Source of the DNA: an uncultured Ruminococcus sp.
Lineage (GTDB): Bacteria > Bacillota > Clostridia > Oscillospirales > Ruminococcaceae
Direction: 5' to 3'
DNA length: 64,000 nt
NCBI GenBank assembly: GCA_946614445.1
Contig: CAMOGY010000003.1
Location: 9,950-73,949, forward strand
Positions 11,012 through 20,419 of the stretch are shown piece after piece. The translations under genes were made by a program, and so were the position numbers. Below the pieces are notes generated by a model. That model had not been told where the DNA came from, made no database searches, and saw only the letters and a list, made by a program, of their open reading frames with translations. Position 1 is the stretch's first letter. Each line of letters starts with the position of its first letter.

Positions 11012-11042
11012 AAAAAAGACCGCACAAATGCGGTCTTTTTTT
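11012..11042. terminator. Bidirectional intrinsic terminator (glnN / convergent membrane-protein gene)
   Basis: A-run, stem AGACCGCA (11017-11024) / TGCGGTCT (11029-11036), then T-run to 11042. Confidence 0.75.
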
Positions 11043-12018
11043 ATTCCGTCGGACTGTCGGTAAAATCAAGATCTTCAAGCACAACACTACTGTCAATCGG
11101 GATATCCTGCTCTCTGGGCACATTGGGATTTCTCTGCGCCCTCTCGAGATCCTCGGTATAAACGTCTTTTGAAATGATATACGTTTCGTTGAGCTTGCTG
11201 TGATCGGTAAAATCAAACTCCTGCAAACGCCCGTCGTCCTCTATCGGCTGCGGTGCGATGACCGTCTGCGCCTTTTTCTGCTTGTCGGTGAACATCCTGC
11301 GCTCGTAAAGCTCGTCTTCCTGCCTGTCGTATTCCTCATCGGTAAGCGAGGTCCTGGTGTACTTGCCGTCAACGTAAAACTGCTTTCTCTGCAGGTAATC
11401 CTCAGGGGTGTCGCCCTTTTCATACTGCGGCATCTCGGGAACGGGCTTGTCAAAGATCTGCTCGGCGTTGTCGCTGTAAATATTGCCCTTTGCAGACTCG
11501 ATAAGCTGTATCTTGCGCTTATGTTCTGCGACGTTTATCATCTGATCGCTAACTCGTCCGTTGAACGGGAAAGTCGGCATCGCACGCAGAAAGGCGATAT
11601 CATCATCTATCTGCGCCATAGGCAGACGAACCGCTACAAGATAAACATAAGTTATCAGGGTAAATATCGAAATGCTCGTGTCGAACAAAAGCATTATCAA
11701 GGTATAGGATGTCAGCACCCACAAAGCAATGTTGTTCGCAGGTTTTCCGTGATACGCTATAAGCACGCAGCAGCAAAGAATGCTGACGATAACGTCCCAC
11801 GCGCTTGCGATAGAAAATGTGAACCTGCCTGCTGAATACAGGAAGCTTGCCATAGATACCCAGCCTGCTAAGGCATATATGAACATAACAAGCATCGCTA
11901 TATATATCGGGATAGTTGTGATAAGCATACGCTTGGTTTTCAGTCTTTTATATGTCTTGCTCAGATCGGCAAGCGGCATTTGCAGCGCCTCGTCACGCCA
12001 GTTGATCTTTTCTTCCAT
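11041..12018 (-). CDS. Hypothetical membrane protein (4 TM N-terminal half, acidic soluble C-terminal half)
   Basis: 325-aa ORF with no family recognised by eye. The coding call rests on length, TM pattern and fit between flanking genes. Confidence 0.55.
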   Translation of the reverse strand: MEEKINWRDEALQMPLADLSKTYKRLKTKRMLITTIPIYIAMLVMFIYALAGWVSMASFLYSAGRFTFSIASAWDVIVSILCCCVLIAYHGKPANNIALWVLTSYTLIMLLFDTSISIFTLITYVYLVAVRLPMAQIDDDIAFLRAMPTFPFNGRVSDQMINVAEHKRKIQLIESAKGNIYSDNAEQIFDKPVPEMPQYEKGDTPEDYLQRKQFYVDGKYTRTSLTDEEYDRQEDELYERRMFTDKQKKAQTVIAPQPIEDDGRLQEFDFTDHSKLNETYIISKDVYTEDLERAQRNPNVPREQDIPIDSSVVLEDLDFTDSPTE

Positions 12019-12101
12019 TTCCTGTTACCCCTTTTTGTTTCTTTTCTATCCTACCATAGCAGTTGGAGAAAGTTCTTCCGGAAAGTCTTTCCCCCAACAA
12101 C

Positions 12102-12890
12102 TCACCCTATCCTCATTACCGAGCCTATTTTGCAAACATCAGCGCACTTTCCGCAGTTGTTGCACTTGTCGTAATCTATCACCGCATGGTTGTCAACAAC
12201 GTGTATCGCACCCTGCTCACAATTCTTTTCGCACAGCCTGCAGCCAACACAGCCGCCCTCGCAAAGCGATTTTGTCACCCTTGCAATGTCCTTTGAGGAG
12301 CAGGTAACATCTACCGACTGCGAGATCCTGCGCACAACTATCAGCCCGTTTGGACAAGCGTCAACGCAAAGTCCGCAGCCTATGCAGCGTGATCTGTCCA
12401 CCTTTGCTATCCTGTCAACAATGCTGATCGCACCCTGCGGACAAGCATGAACACAGTCGCCGTAGCCAAGGCAGCCGCTCGTGCAGGTCTTGCTTCCGCT
12501 GTAAAATCTGTTGCAGGCAGCGCAGCTTTGCACACCGCCGAATTCGTATTTGTGCGGCGTAATGTTGCAGTCGCCGTGGCAGCGCACAAAAGCCACCTCA
12601 GGCTCAGCCGCCGTAACTTCAACTCCCATTATCTCCGCAATTTTCTTAGCCGTCATCTCACCGCCCGGGCGGCACATATCACACGGCGCACCGTTTGAAA
12701 CTATCGCCTCGGCATAGTCCGAGCAGCCCGAAAATCCGCACGAACCGCAGTTTACCTGCGGCAAAGCGTCGTTCACCTTTTCAATGCGCTCATCGACCTT
12801 TACCTCAAACACCCTCGAAGCGACCGTCAGCAGCACGCCTGCAAGCAGCCCGATAGCAGCAAATATCCCAACAGTAACCAGATAGCTCAT
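12102..12890 (-). CDS. rnfB: Rnf complex subunit B (polyferredoxin)
   Basis: N-terminal TM helix, CGSCGFSGC motif and several CxxCxxCxxxCP 4Fe-4S motifs. Last gene of the rnf operon. Confidence 0.9.
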   Translation of the reverse strand: MSYLVTVGIFAAIGLLAGVLLTVASRVFEVKVDERIEKVNDALPQVNCGSCGFSGCSDYAEAIVSNGAPCDMCRPGGEMTAKKIAEIMGVEVTAAEPEVAFVRCHGDCNITPHKYEFGGVQSCAACNRFYSGSKTCTSGCLGYGDCVHACPQGAISIVDRIAKVDRSRCIGCGLCVDACPNGLIVVRRISQSVDVTCSSKDIARVTKSLCEGGCVGCRLCEKNCEQGAIHVVDNHAVIDYDKCNNCGKCADVCKIGSVMRIG

Positions 12891-12945
12891 CAGCGGCAGC
12901 TTCCTTTCTTACCCTTAAACTTACTTTTTATCTCTTGCTTTTAAC

Positions 12946-13515
12946 TCACATCATTCCCGCAAAGCCCATAAAGCTGACCGAAACTATCGCCGCAGCAATA
13001 AGTGTCGCAGGAACGCCCTTGAATGCCTCGGGGAAATCATTCCCCTCAATGCGTGAACGCACACCGCTGAAAAGCAGCAGCGCCAGCGTAAAGGCAAGCC
13101 CCGTGCCCAGAGCGTTAGTCAGCGATTCAAGAAAAGTGTAGTCATTGTTTATGTTTCCAAGCGTAACGCCCAGCACCGCACAGTTTGTCGTTATCAGCGG
13201 CAGGTAAACGCCCAGCGCCTTGTAAAGCCCGTGCATAGTTTTTTTCATAACTATCTCCACCAGCTGCACGAACATCGCTATCACCAGAATAAAAGCGACC
13301 GTTTTCAGATACGTTATCTCAAAATGCTCCAGCAGCTTGTAAAGCGGATAGGTTATCGCCGTGGCGCAGACCATTACAAAAACCACAGCTCCTCCCATTC
13401 CCACCGAGGACTTTATCTGCTTTGAAACTCCCAGGAATGCGCATATTCCCATAAACTGCGAAAGCACCACGTTGTTTACAAAAACGCAGCCCACAAGTAT
13501 CAGTATATAGCTCAT
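12946..13515 (-). CDS. rnfA: Rnf complex subunit A
   Basis: 189-aa polytopic protein. N-terminus ...VFVNNVVLSQFMGICAFLGVS is typical of RnfA. Confidence 0.9.
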   Translation of the reverse strand: MSYILILVGCVFVNNVVLSQFMGICAFLGVSKQIKSSVGMGGAVVFVMVCATAITYPLYKLLEHFEITYLKTVAFILVIAMFVQLVEIVMKKTMHGLYKALGVYLPLITTNCAVLGVTLGNINNDYTFLESLTNALGTGLAFTLALLLFSGVRSRIEGNDFPEAFKGVPATLIAAAIVSVSFMGFAGMM

Positions 13516-14199
13516 TTACACACCCTCCCGTGACCTGCACTGCCCCGAGCACATCGAAGCGTTCGGGCAGTTATCGCACGAAATCTCCTTAGGCGGTCTG
13601 CGGTTGGCGAGCTTGTTCACCAGCGCAATAAGGCACCCCAGCACGAAAAATCCGCCCGCAGGCATAATAAATATCGTCATCGGCTTTTCGCTCAGCACGG
13701 GTATCTTCATTCCCAGCCAGCTGCCAAGCCCGAGTATCTCTCTTACCGAGCCCATTGCAAAAAGCGCCAGCGTGAAGCCAATGCCCATTCCCAGTCCGTC
13801 CAGCACCGAGCGCCCGACGCTGTTCCTGCTCGCAAAAGCCTCTGCCCTGCCAAGAATAATGCAGTTTACCGTTATCAGCTGCAAAAATACTCCCAGCGCC
13901 GAGTGCAGCCCGGGCAGATATCCCTTCATCATAAAGTCGATAAACGTCACAAAGCCCGCTATAATAACAATAAAGCAGGGCAAACGCACAGCCTTTGGTA
14001 TAACGCCCTTGAGCAGCGATATCACCGCATTAGAGCAAACCAGCACAAACGTCGTCGCAAGCCCCATGCCAATGCCGTTTTCCGCCAGCACCGTCACCGC
14101 AAGCGTCGGGCACATTCCCAGCAGCGTCACAAGCACGGGGTTTTCCTTTATTATTCCCTTTGTAAACTCGTAAAGAGTCCTCTTACCATCATTCATCAA
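13516..14199 (-). CDS. rnfE: Rnf complex subunit E (with Cys-rich C-terminal tail)
   Basis: ENPVLVTLLGMCPTLAVT motif. 227 aa, with the last ~25 aa SCDNCPNASMCSGQCRSREGV. Confidence 0.9.
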   Translation of the reverse strand: MMNDGKRTLYEFTKGIIKENPVLVTLLGMCPTLAVTVLAENGIGMGLATTFVLVCSNAVISLLKGVIPKAVRLPCFIVIIAGFVTFIDFMMKGYLPGLHSALGVFLQLITVNCIILGRAEAFASRNSVGRSVLDGLGMGIGFTLALFAMGSVREILGLGSWLGMKIPVLSEKPMTIFIMPAGGFFVLGCLIALVNKLANRRPPKEISCDNCPNASMCSGQCRSREGV

Positions 14200-14749
14200 G
14201 CAGCTCTCCCTTGTGCACAGTGTATATCTCCAGTGCCTTTTCGCAAGCCTCTTTAAGTCCCTTTGAGGAGTATGTCGCAGCAGTCATGTTGTCCACCGCC
14301 TCAATGTCCGATTCTACGCTGAGTCCGCTGAACTTTTCATAATAATCCTTCTGTGCGACCTTTGCACCCAGTCCCGGAGTTTCCCCCACAGAAAGAAAAT
14401 ACAGCCCCTCTATCTTATTCTCATCGTTTATCCCTATCATCAGGTGAAGACCGCCCTTAGCGTAACCGTCCCATGTCAGCTCAAAAATGCAGCGCCTGTT
14501 TTTCTTGTCTGTTATCACCGAGTTTATCTGCTTTACCCCGAAGTCCACAGGAACAGTGTCGTGGTCTTTTTTCTCCGTCACTATCTCGTAGCTGCCCTCG
14601 CCGAAGATCTCCTCGCAGCCCTTTTTCATCTCGTCCGTCAGCACGCCCGTGTTGTCAACGTAAGTCATGTTGTGCGCAAGCACCAGCAGCGAGCACACCA
14701 TAACGCATATAACCGTCAGCACAGCAGGCGGCATTATCTTACTTTTCAT
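14189..14749 (-). CDS. rnfG: Rnf complex subunit G (FMN-binding)
   Basis: 186 aa with an N-terminal TM anchor and an FMN-binding-domain-like C-terminus (MTAATYSSKG). Overlaps rnfE and rnfD by 11 nt each. Confidence 0.85.
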   Translation of the reverse strand: MKSKIMPPAVLTVICVMVCSLLVLAHNMTYVDNTGVLTDEMKKGCEEIFGEGSYEIVTEKKDHDTVPVDFGVKQINSVITDKKNRRCIFELTWDGYAKGGLHLMIGINDENKIEGLYFLSVGETPGLGAKVAQKDYYEKFSGLSVESDIEAVDNMTAATYSSKGLKEACEKALEIYTVHKGELLDE

Positions 14750-15683
14750 CGCCCTGTGCCTCCTTTTTAACAGCAGGCACGCCCACAGGCTTAGCCCTTG
14801 TCAGCATATCTATATACGGCGTAACTATGTTCATCAGCAGTATCGCAAACGAAACTCCCTCGGGATAGTTCGCATAGAACCTTATCAGGCAGGTCAGAAC
14901 ACCGCACCCTGCGCCGAATATCACCTTTCCCTTTTTTGAAACCGGGCTTGTAACGTAATCCGTCGCCATAAATATCGCACCCAGCATCACGCCGCCCGAA
15001 AGGATCTGATAAACAGGGTCCTTCCCTGCTGCCCACGAGAAAACGAATACCGTACCCACAAACGAAACAGGGATATGTATGCTTATCACTCTCATGATAA
15101 CAAGATATATCCCTCCTGCTATCAGCGCAGCGCAGCACACCTCACCTATGCACCCGGGGTGCCTGCCGATAAACAGGTCAAGGTAGCTGTAAAGTCCGTT
15201 TTTCTCTACCAGCGGTGTCGGCGCAGTGATAACGTCCTGTGCCATATAATTCGGCATCACCCAGCTCGTCATCTCGCCGGTGAAAGACATCATCAGCACT
15301 ATCCTGCCCACTATCGCAGGGTTAGCAAAGTTCTGTCCAAGTCCGCCGAATATCTGCTTGGTTATAACGATAGCCACAAACGTTCCCACCACAGCCATCC
15401 AGTAAGGCAGCGAAGGCGGAAGATTGAACGCAAGTATCATTCCCGTCACCAGCGCCGAAAGGTCACCCGTGGTGTTTGGGCGCTTCATTATAAGGTTGCA
15501 GCCTCTTTCCCACAAAAAAGCCGAGCCCATGCAAACGCACACCATCACTATCGCCCTTACGCCGAAAAGCACGACAGCCGCAGCAAATGCAGGTATAAGC
15601 GCTATAAGAACGTGCAGCATTATCCGTGAGGTCGTTACCCTGCTGCGTATATGCGGAGACGGACTGACCGTTAGATCTCTCAA
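14739..15683 (-). CDS. rnfD: Rnf complex subunit D
   Basis: 314-aa polytopic protein. SPSPHIRS N-terminus and the FMN-attachment region GAIFMATDYVTSP are typical of RnfD/NqrB. Confidence 0.9.
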   Translation of the reverse strand: MRDLTVSPSPHIRSRVTTSRIMLHVLIALIPAFAAAVVLFGVRAIVMVCVCMGSAFLWERGCNLIMKRPNTTGDLSALVTGMILAFNLPPSLPYWMAVVGTFVAIVITKQIFGGLGQNFANPAIVGRIVLMMSFTGEMTSWVMPNYMAQDVITAPTPLVEKNGLYSYLDLFIGRHPGCIGEVCCAALIAGGIYLVIMRVISIHIPVSFVGTVFVFSWAAGKDPVYQILSGGVMLGAIFMATDYVTSPVSKKGKVIFGAGCGVLTCLIRFYANYPEGVSFAILLMNIVTPYIDMLTRAKPVGVPAVKKEAQGDEK

Positions 15684-15698
15684 ATCATACCCTCCTCG

Positions 15699-16994
15699 TC
15701 ATGTCCTCAACAAAGCCTTGGCGAGCTGGTTTTTCTCGGCAAGGTCTCTCTTTGCGGGGCATACATACGAGCAGCTCCCGCAGTTCATGCACAGCGACAC
15801 CTTCATTTTTTTCAGCGTCTGTCTGTCCTTTTTATCAAATGCTTTTTCAAGCACCGTCGGCATAAGTCCCACAGGGCAGGCTTCAATGCACCTGCCGCAG
15901 CGTATGCAGGCAGTCTGCACCCTGTTCCTCTCTCTTTCGCCGCCATGCCTGAAAGCAAGCAGCGCAGAGTGCGTCTTGCAAACAGGATCTCTCAGATCAA
16001 AAAGGTCCGTTCCCATCATCGGGCCGCCTGCGATAGCCTTGTCAATGCTCTCGGGATCGCAGTCGCCGTACCACAGTATATCCTCAAAAGCCGTACCTAT
16101 CGGAACTATCACATTGCATGGGCTTGCCACCGCATCGCCGCTCACCGTTATCCGCTTGCTTACCAGCGGAACGCCCGTTTTCATATACTGCCCTATAAAA
16201 GCGCAGGTCGAAACGTTTATCACAATAACTCCCACGTCCGCAGGTATCTGCCCCTCGCAAACCACTCTGCCCGTGGTGTTGTAAACTATCACCTTTTCCG
16301 CCCCCTGCGGATACCTCGTTGAAAGCGCCGTAACTCTTATGTCCGCACCTGCCCTCTGCGCCTTTTGCCTCATCAGGTCTATCGCATCGGGCTTGTTTTT
16401 TTCTATCGCAATGCAGACGTTTTTAATGCCCAGATATTTTTTTATGCACGCTATCCCGTTAAAAATGCTGTCCGCATCTTCAAGCATCGTCCTGTGGTCG
16501 CTCGTAAGATAAGGCTCGCATTCTGCGGCATTTATCACCAGCGTGTCAACGCTGAATCGTGTGTCGTCAAAGCCGAACTTAACGTGCGTGGGAAATCCCG
16601 CACCGCCAAGTCCGCAGCAGCCCGACTCTCTCACCGCATTGCAGAAGCTGTCCTTGTCGCTCACCTGCGGAGCTTTCAGCCCCGGCATATATCTCTGTTC
16701 GCCGTCCGTTTCAATGTCAACGCACTTGCAAACACGTCCGCTCACCTGCAAAAGCTCGCTTATCCCCGTGACCTTTCCCGATACCGATGAGTGAACAGGC
16801 ACAGACATATACTTGTCGCTGTCGCCTATCTTCTGCCCCACCAGCACCTCGTCACCGACCTTCACCAGCACATCGCACGCCGCACCTGCGCACTGCTGCA
16901 TAGCTATCCTCACCGTTTTCGGTGTCGGCAGCACAACGCTCGCCGAGCCTGCGGTATTCTTTTTGTGGTCAAGGAAAATACCTTTGAGTTTCAT
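15699..16994 (-). CDS. rnfC: Rnf complex subunit C
   Basis: 431 aa with the NADH-binding-type motif GLGGAGFPTHVK and two C-terminal CxxCxxCxxxCP ferredoxin motifs. Confidence 0.9.
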   Translation of the reverse strand: MKLKGIFLDHKKNTAGSASVVLPTPKTVRIAMQQCAGAACDVLVKVGDEVLVGQKIGDSDKYMSVPVHSSVSGKVTGISELLQVSGRVCKCVDIETDGEQRYMPGLKAPQVSDKDSFCNAVRESGCCGLGGAGFPTHVKFGFDDTRFSVDTLVINAAECEPYLTSDHRTMLEDADSIFNGIACIKKYLGIKNVCIAIEKNKPDAIDLMRQKAQRAGADIRVTALSTRYPQGAEKVIVYNTTGRVVCEGQIPADVGVIVINVSTCAFIGQYMKTGVPLVSKRITVSGDAVASPCNVIVPIGTAFEDILWYGDCDPESIDKAIAGGPMMGTDLFDLRDPVCKTHSALLAFRHGGERERNRVQTACIRCGRCIEACPVGLMPTVLEKAFDKKDRQTLKKMKVSLCMNCGSCSYVCPAKRDLAEKNQLAKALLRT

Positions 16995-17011
16995 CTGTTC
17001 ACCGTTCCCGT

Positions 17012-18052
17012 TTAAAGCTGCTTAAAGCTGCAGCTGTCATTTTCAAGTGTTATTTTATCCTTTATGCTGTCAGAGGCGTAAATGTTCCTGTCACTGTCTA
17101 TCGCAATGACCGCAAACTCCCCGCTGTTAAGGAATTCGCCCAGCCCCTTTGTTCCAGCTACGAATATCGCCGTTGAAAGCTGATCGCTCATCAGCCCGTT
17201 TTTGCATATCACCGTCACGCTCACCAGATCGCTCTGCGATGGTCTTCCCGTGAGCTTGTCAAAAATGTGTATGTATCTTTGCCCCTGCGCCTCAAAAAAC
17301 CTCTCATATCCGCCCGAGGTCGAAACAAATCCCTCGCCGCAGGTAAATCTCATTATCTGCCTGTTCTTTTCCCACGGATCAGTTACCGCTATCTTAAAAT
17401 CGCTCCCGTCAGGCTTTTTCCCGTAAAGCAGCGTCGATGAACCCATAGTGACCATCGCACACTCAGCCTTTTCCTTTTCAAGCACGCCCCTTGCCCTGTC
17501 CAGCGCATATCCCTTTGCCGCACAGCCAAGGTCTATCTGCGCACCCTTTTCCAGCGTGCATTCATTCCCTGAGAGCTTTATTTTCTCGTATCCGCAGGTG
17601 TCCTTTGCCTTTTCAATATCGCTGTCTACGGGAACCTTCGGGCTTTCTCCCGTAACGTTCCACAGCGCCGTCACCGCACCGATAGAGATGTCCGCCTGCC
17701 CGAAGCGTCCCGTCAGCTCCAGCGACTGCGAAATAAGCTCCGCCGTTTCATCGCTCAGCCTCAGGCTGCCCTTTGAATTCAGCTGTGATATCTCGCTTTC
17801 AGCCTTGTGGCAGTCAAGCATCCCGTCCAGCCGCACTATCTCCTCCGTCACTTTTTCGGGGGAACACCCCCATACCCTTGCGTTCACCGCAGCGTCCATC
17901 GCAAGCACCGTCTTTTCGGTAAATCCCATGCTTGCCTTTGCCGAGCTTTCACCGCCGTTTGCGCCGCAGCCGCTGAATATCATCGCCGCACCTGCCGCCA
18001 TAAGCACCATCGCAAGCGCAGCAGCAAGCACTCTCCTGTTTTTAATTTTCAT
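17012..18052 (-). CDS. apbE: FAD:protein FMN transferase (ApbE family lipoprotein)
   Basis: ApbE-like sequence. Start moved to the ATG at 18052 (AGGAGG 5 nt upstream), giving the signal peptide MKIKNRRVLAAALAMVLMAAGAAMIFSGCG. The 18121 start would overlap the upstream regulator gene. Confidence 0.85.
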   Translation of the reverse strand: MKIKNRRVLAAALAMVLMAAGAAMIFSGCGANGGESSAKASMGFTEKTVLAMDAAVNARVWGCSPEKVTEEIVRLDGMLDCHKAESEISQLNSKGSLRLSDETAELISQSLELTGRFGQADISIGAVTALWNVTGESPKVPVDSDIEKAKDTCGYEKIKLSGNECTLEKGAQIDLGCAAKGYALDRARGVLEKEKAECAMVTMGSSTLLYGKKPDGSDFKIAVTDPWEKNRQIMRFTCGEGFVSTSGGYERFFEAQGQRYIHIFDKLTGRPSQSDLVSVTVICKNGLMSDQLSTAIFVAGTKGLGEFLNSGEFAVIAIDSDRNIYASDSIKDKITLENDSCSFKQL

Positions 18053-18101
18053 CAACGCCTCCTGCCGCTCTTGAAACACTCGGAAAAATATGCTATAATC
18101 A

Positions 18102-18722
18102 TCATAAAGCATCAAGCTCACGCAGCAGCTCTTCGCATTCGCTTATGAACCTGCGCAGCTCATGCCCCTTTTCAACAGGCAGCTCTATATTTTTTCGCTT
18201 TATGCGGCTGCTCTCTATCAGGCTCCCCGTCACCTCCGGCAGCTGTGCCGTCAAACGTGCAATAGCCTCTGCCGCCGCTTTTTCATCAGCTTCAAAAAGC
18301 CTGCCCGTGTTGTGAGGGTTTGCCAGATAAATGCAGCGCAAAGCGTTGTAGATACACAGCTTCAGGTAGTCCTGCGTGCCCTTTTCAAGCACCCTGCTGC
18401 CCGAGCTTTCAAGCAGCAGCTGCAAAAGCTCCAGCGCTTTAGCCGCATCGCCTTTTGCCGCCGGCTTTTCAAATTCCCACTGCCCCGCATGATTCTCACC
18501 GAACACCGAGTCGTAGCTGACCTCGTAAAGTGAGATAAGGCGCAGCACAAAGCCTATCGAAAACGCCTTTTTACCGTTTTCGACCGAGGAAAGATATGAT
18601 TGTGTGCAGCCCACCTTTTGTGCAGCCTGCACCTGCGTAAGCCCCTTTGTTTTTCTGACAGCAGCGAGTTTTTCGCCTATTTCCAGCATTTTTTCGCTGT
18701 CCATGTCCTCAGCCGTGCGCAC
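18102..18722 (-). CDS. XRE-family helix-turn-helix transcriptional regulator
   Basis: N-terminal HTH (LTQVQAAQKVGCTQSYLSSVENGKK). GTG start at 18722 is preceded by GAAGAGGTGATC. Lies directly upstream of apbE-rnf. Confidence 0.8.
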   Translation of the reverse strand: MRTAEDMDSEKMLEIGEKLAAVRKTKGLTQVQAAQKVGCTQSYLSSVENGKKAFSIGFVLRLISLYEVSYDSVFGENHAGQWEFEKPAAKGDAAKALELLQLLLESSGSRVLEKGTQDYLKLCIYNALRCIYLANPHNTGRLFEADEKAAAEAIARLTAQLPEVTGSLIESSRIKRKNIELPVEKGHELRRFISECEELLRELDAL

Positions 18723-18793
18723 CGCAGATCACCTCTTCCGATCACAAGCAGACTTGTTTTATGCATACACTATTATTATACACTATTTTTATG

Positions 18794-18811
18794 TTTTTGT
18801 AAATACAAAAA
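18794..18811. promoter_or_regulatory. Perfect 8+2+8 palindrome, candidate operator in the divergent XRE / phosphatase promoter region
   Basis: TTTTTGTA-aa-TACAAAAA. Next to it is a 10-bp direct repeat ATACACTATT at 18765-18774 and 18778-18787. Confidence 0.25.
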
Positions 18812-18854
18812 GCAGCATATCATTCACCCAATTATCCGAAAGGAGCATTTTCAA

Positions 18855-19529
18855 ATGAAAGGTTACCGCATAGTGTTCATCCGTCACGGAATGACCGAGG
18901 CAAATACCGACGGCAGATATATCGGAGTCACCGACCTGCCGCTGAGCAGCGAGGGCGCACAGGCGCTTTACGACAAGCTCGAAAAGTACGAATATCCGCC
19001 TGTTCAAAAGGTCTATACCTCACCGCTCAAGCGCTGTAAGCAGACGGTGAGCATACTCCAGCCAAACAGGCTCACCGTTGAGCTGCCCGAGCTGGTGGAA
19101 ATGGACTTCGGCGACTTTGAGAACAAGACCGTGAACGAGCTTATGGATACCGACAGCTACCGCAAGTTCATCGAGGGCGGACTGGATAACCCTCCCCCGA
19201 ACGGCGAATCCCTGCGTGATGTCGTAAACCGCTGCTATAAAGCGCTTCAGATGATAATCTCGGATATGATGTATGAGGGACTTACAAACGTAGCCGTAGT
19301 CACTCACGGCGGAATAATCATGAATATGCTCTCCTGCTTCGGCGTTCCAAAGCGCAAGCCTATGGATTATTCCTGCGATTTCGGCGAGGGCTTTGAGGTG
19401 CTTGTCACCGCAGCTATGTGGCAGCGCAGCGAGGCTTTTGAGGTGCTTGGCACCTATCCCGCAAGAGAACCCGTCGAGGATTATTCCTACTGCGATCCCG
19501 ATGATGACAGTCAGGGGCTTGAGTCGTGA
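18855..19529 (+). CDS. Histidine phosphatase family protein (phosphoglycerate-mutase-like)
   Basis: MKGYRIVFIRHGMTEAN contains the RHG catalytic motif. ATG at 18855 follows AAAGGAG. The ORF-track start at 18600 gives an implausible 85-aa extension across the promoter region. Confidence 0.8.
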   Translation: MKGYRIVFIRHGMTEANTDGRYIGVTDLPLSSEGAQALYDKLEKYEYPPVQKVYTSPLKRCKQTVSILQPNRLTVELPELVEMDFGDFENKTVNELMDTDSYRKFIEGGLDNPPPNGESLRDVVNRCYKALQMIISDMMYEGLTNVAVVTHGGIIMNMLSCFGVPKRKPMDYSCDFGEGFEVLVTAAMWQRSEAFEVLGTYPAREPVEDYSYCDPDDDSQGLES

Positions 19530-20389
19530 ACGTCCTTGTTGTCGGCGGAACACGCTTTTTTGGCATTCCGATGGTAAAAAAGCTGATCTCGGGCGGGCAC
19601 ACCGTCACCATAGCTTCAAGAGGTCAGCACAGCGATCCCTTCGGCAGCAGCGCTGAGCGCATAATTATGGATAAAACGGACGAAAACAGCGTAAAAGCGG
19701 CACTTTGCGGCAGGCATTTCGACTGCGTGATAGATAAGGTCGCCTACTGCTCAAACGACGTGCGCTCACTTTTAAAGCATACCCGGTGCGAAAGATATAT
19801 CCAGATGTCCTCCTGCGCCGTCTATCAGTCTGCGCACACGGACATTGCCGAAAGCGAGTTCAACCCAAAGGAATATCCGCTCAGCTGGATCGACAGACCA
19901 AACGATTATGCCCTTGGCAAAAGGCTTGCCGAAAGAGCCGCACTTGAATTTATGGACGAAAAAAGCTGCGTATTTGTGCGCTATCCGGTTGTTATGGGCG
20001 AAAATGACTATACCGGCAGGCTGCGCTTTTATGTCCGCAGTGTTTGCAGCGGCGAGCCGATGATGATAAATAACCCTGATGCAAAAACGTCCTATATCCA
20101 CGAAAAACAGGCAGGCGAGTTTATCGCTCACCTCGTTGCTAAGGAAGTCTGCGGCGCAATAAACGGCTGCTCAAAGGGAACAGTTTCGCAGAGCGAGATA
20201 ATTTCCTGCACCGAAAAACTAAGCGGCAAACAGGCTGTTATAGCTCAGGGCGGCGAAAAAGCCCCCTACGACGATACCGCCTGCGACACTTCATATAAGC
20301 TCTCCAAAGCTGAAACGCTCGGCTTTGCCTTTTCAGATATCTCCTCGTGGCTTTATGACCTTATAGCCAAAGAGATAAACGACCAATAA
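19526..20389 (+). CDS. NAD(P)-dependent epimerase/dehydratase family protein
   Basis: N-terminal Rossmann motif VLVVGGTRFFG. 287 aa. GTG start overlaps the upstream stop codon. Confidence 0.75.
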   Translation: MNVLVVGGTRFFGIPMVKKLISGGHTVTIASRGQHSDPFGSSAERIIMDKTDENSVKAALCGRHFDCVIDKVAYCSNDVRSLLKHTRCERYIQMSSCAVYQSAHTDIAESEFNPKEYPLSWIDRPNDYALGKRLAERAALEFMDEKSCVFVRYPVVMGENDYTGRLRFYVRSVCSGEPMMINNPDAKTSYIHEKQAGEFIAHLVAKEVCGAINGCSKGTVSQSEIISCTEKLSGKQAVIAQGGEKAPYDDTACDTSYKLSKAETLGFAFSDISSWLYDLIAKEINDQ

Positions 20390-20419
20390 ATATATACCTT
20401 GTGAAAGGAGGATACCCCA

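Noticed and set aside
18600-18854. 85-aa N-terminal extension of the histidine phosphatase ORF, and ORF 18604..18858
   Set aside because: The extension covers the AT-rich divergent promoter region and overlaps the 5' end of the XRE regulator gene on the opposite strand. A good RBS and ATG at 18855 give the canonical MKGYRIVFIRHG N-terminus.
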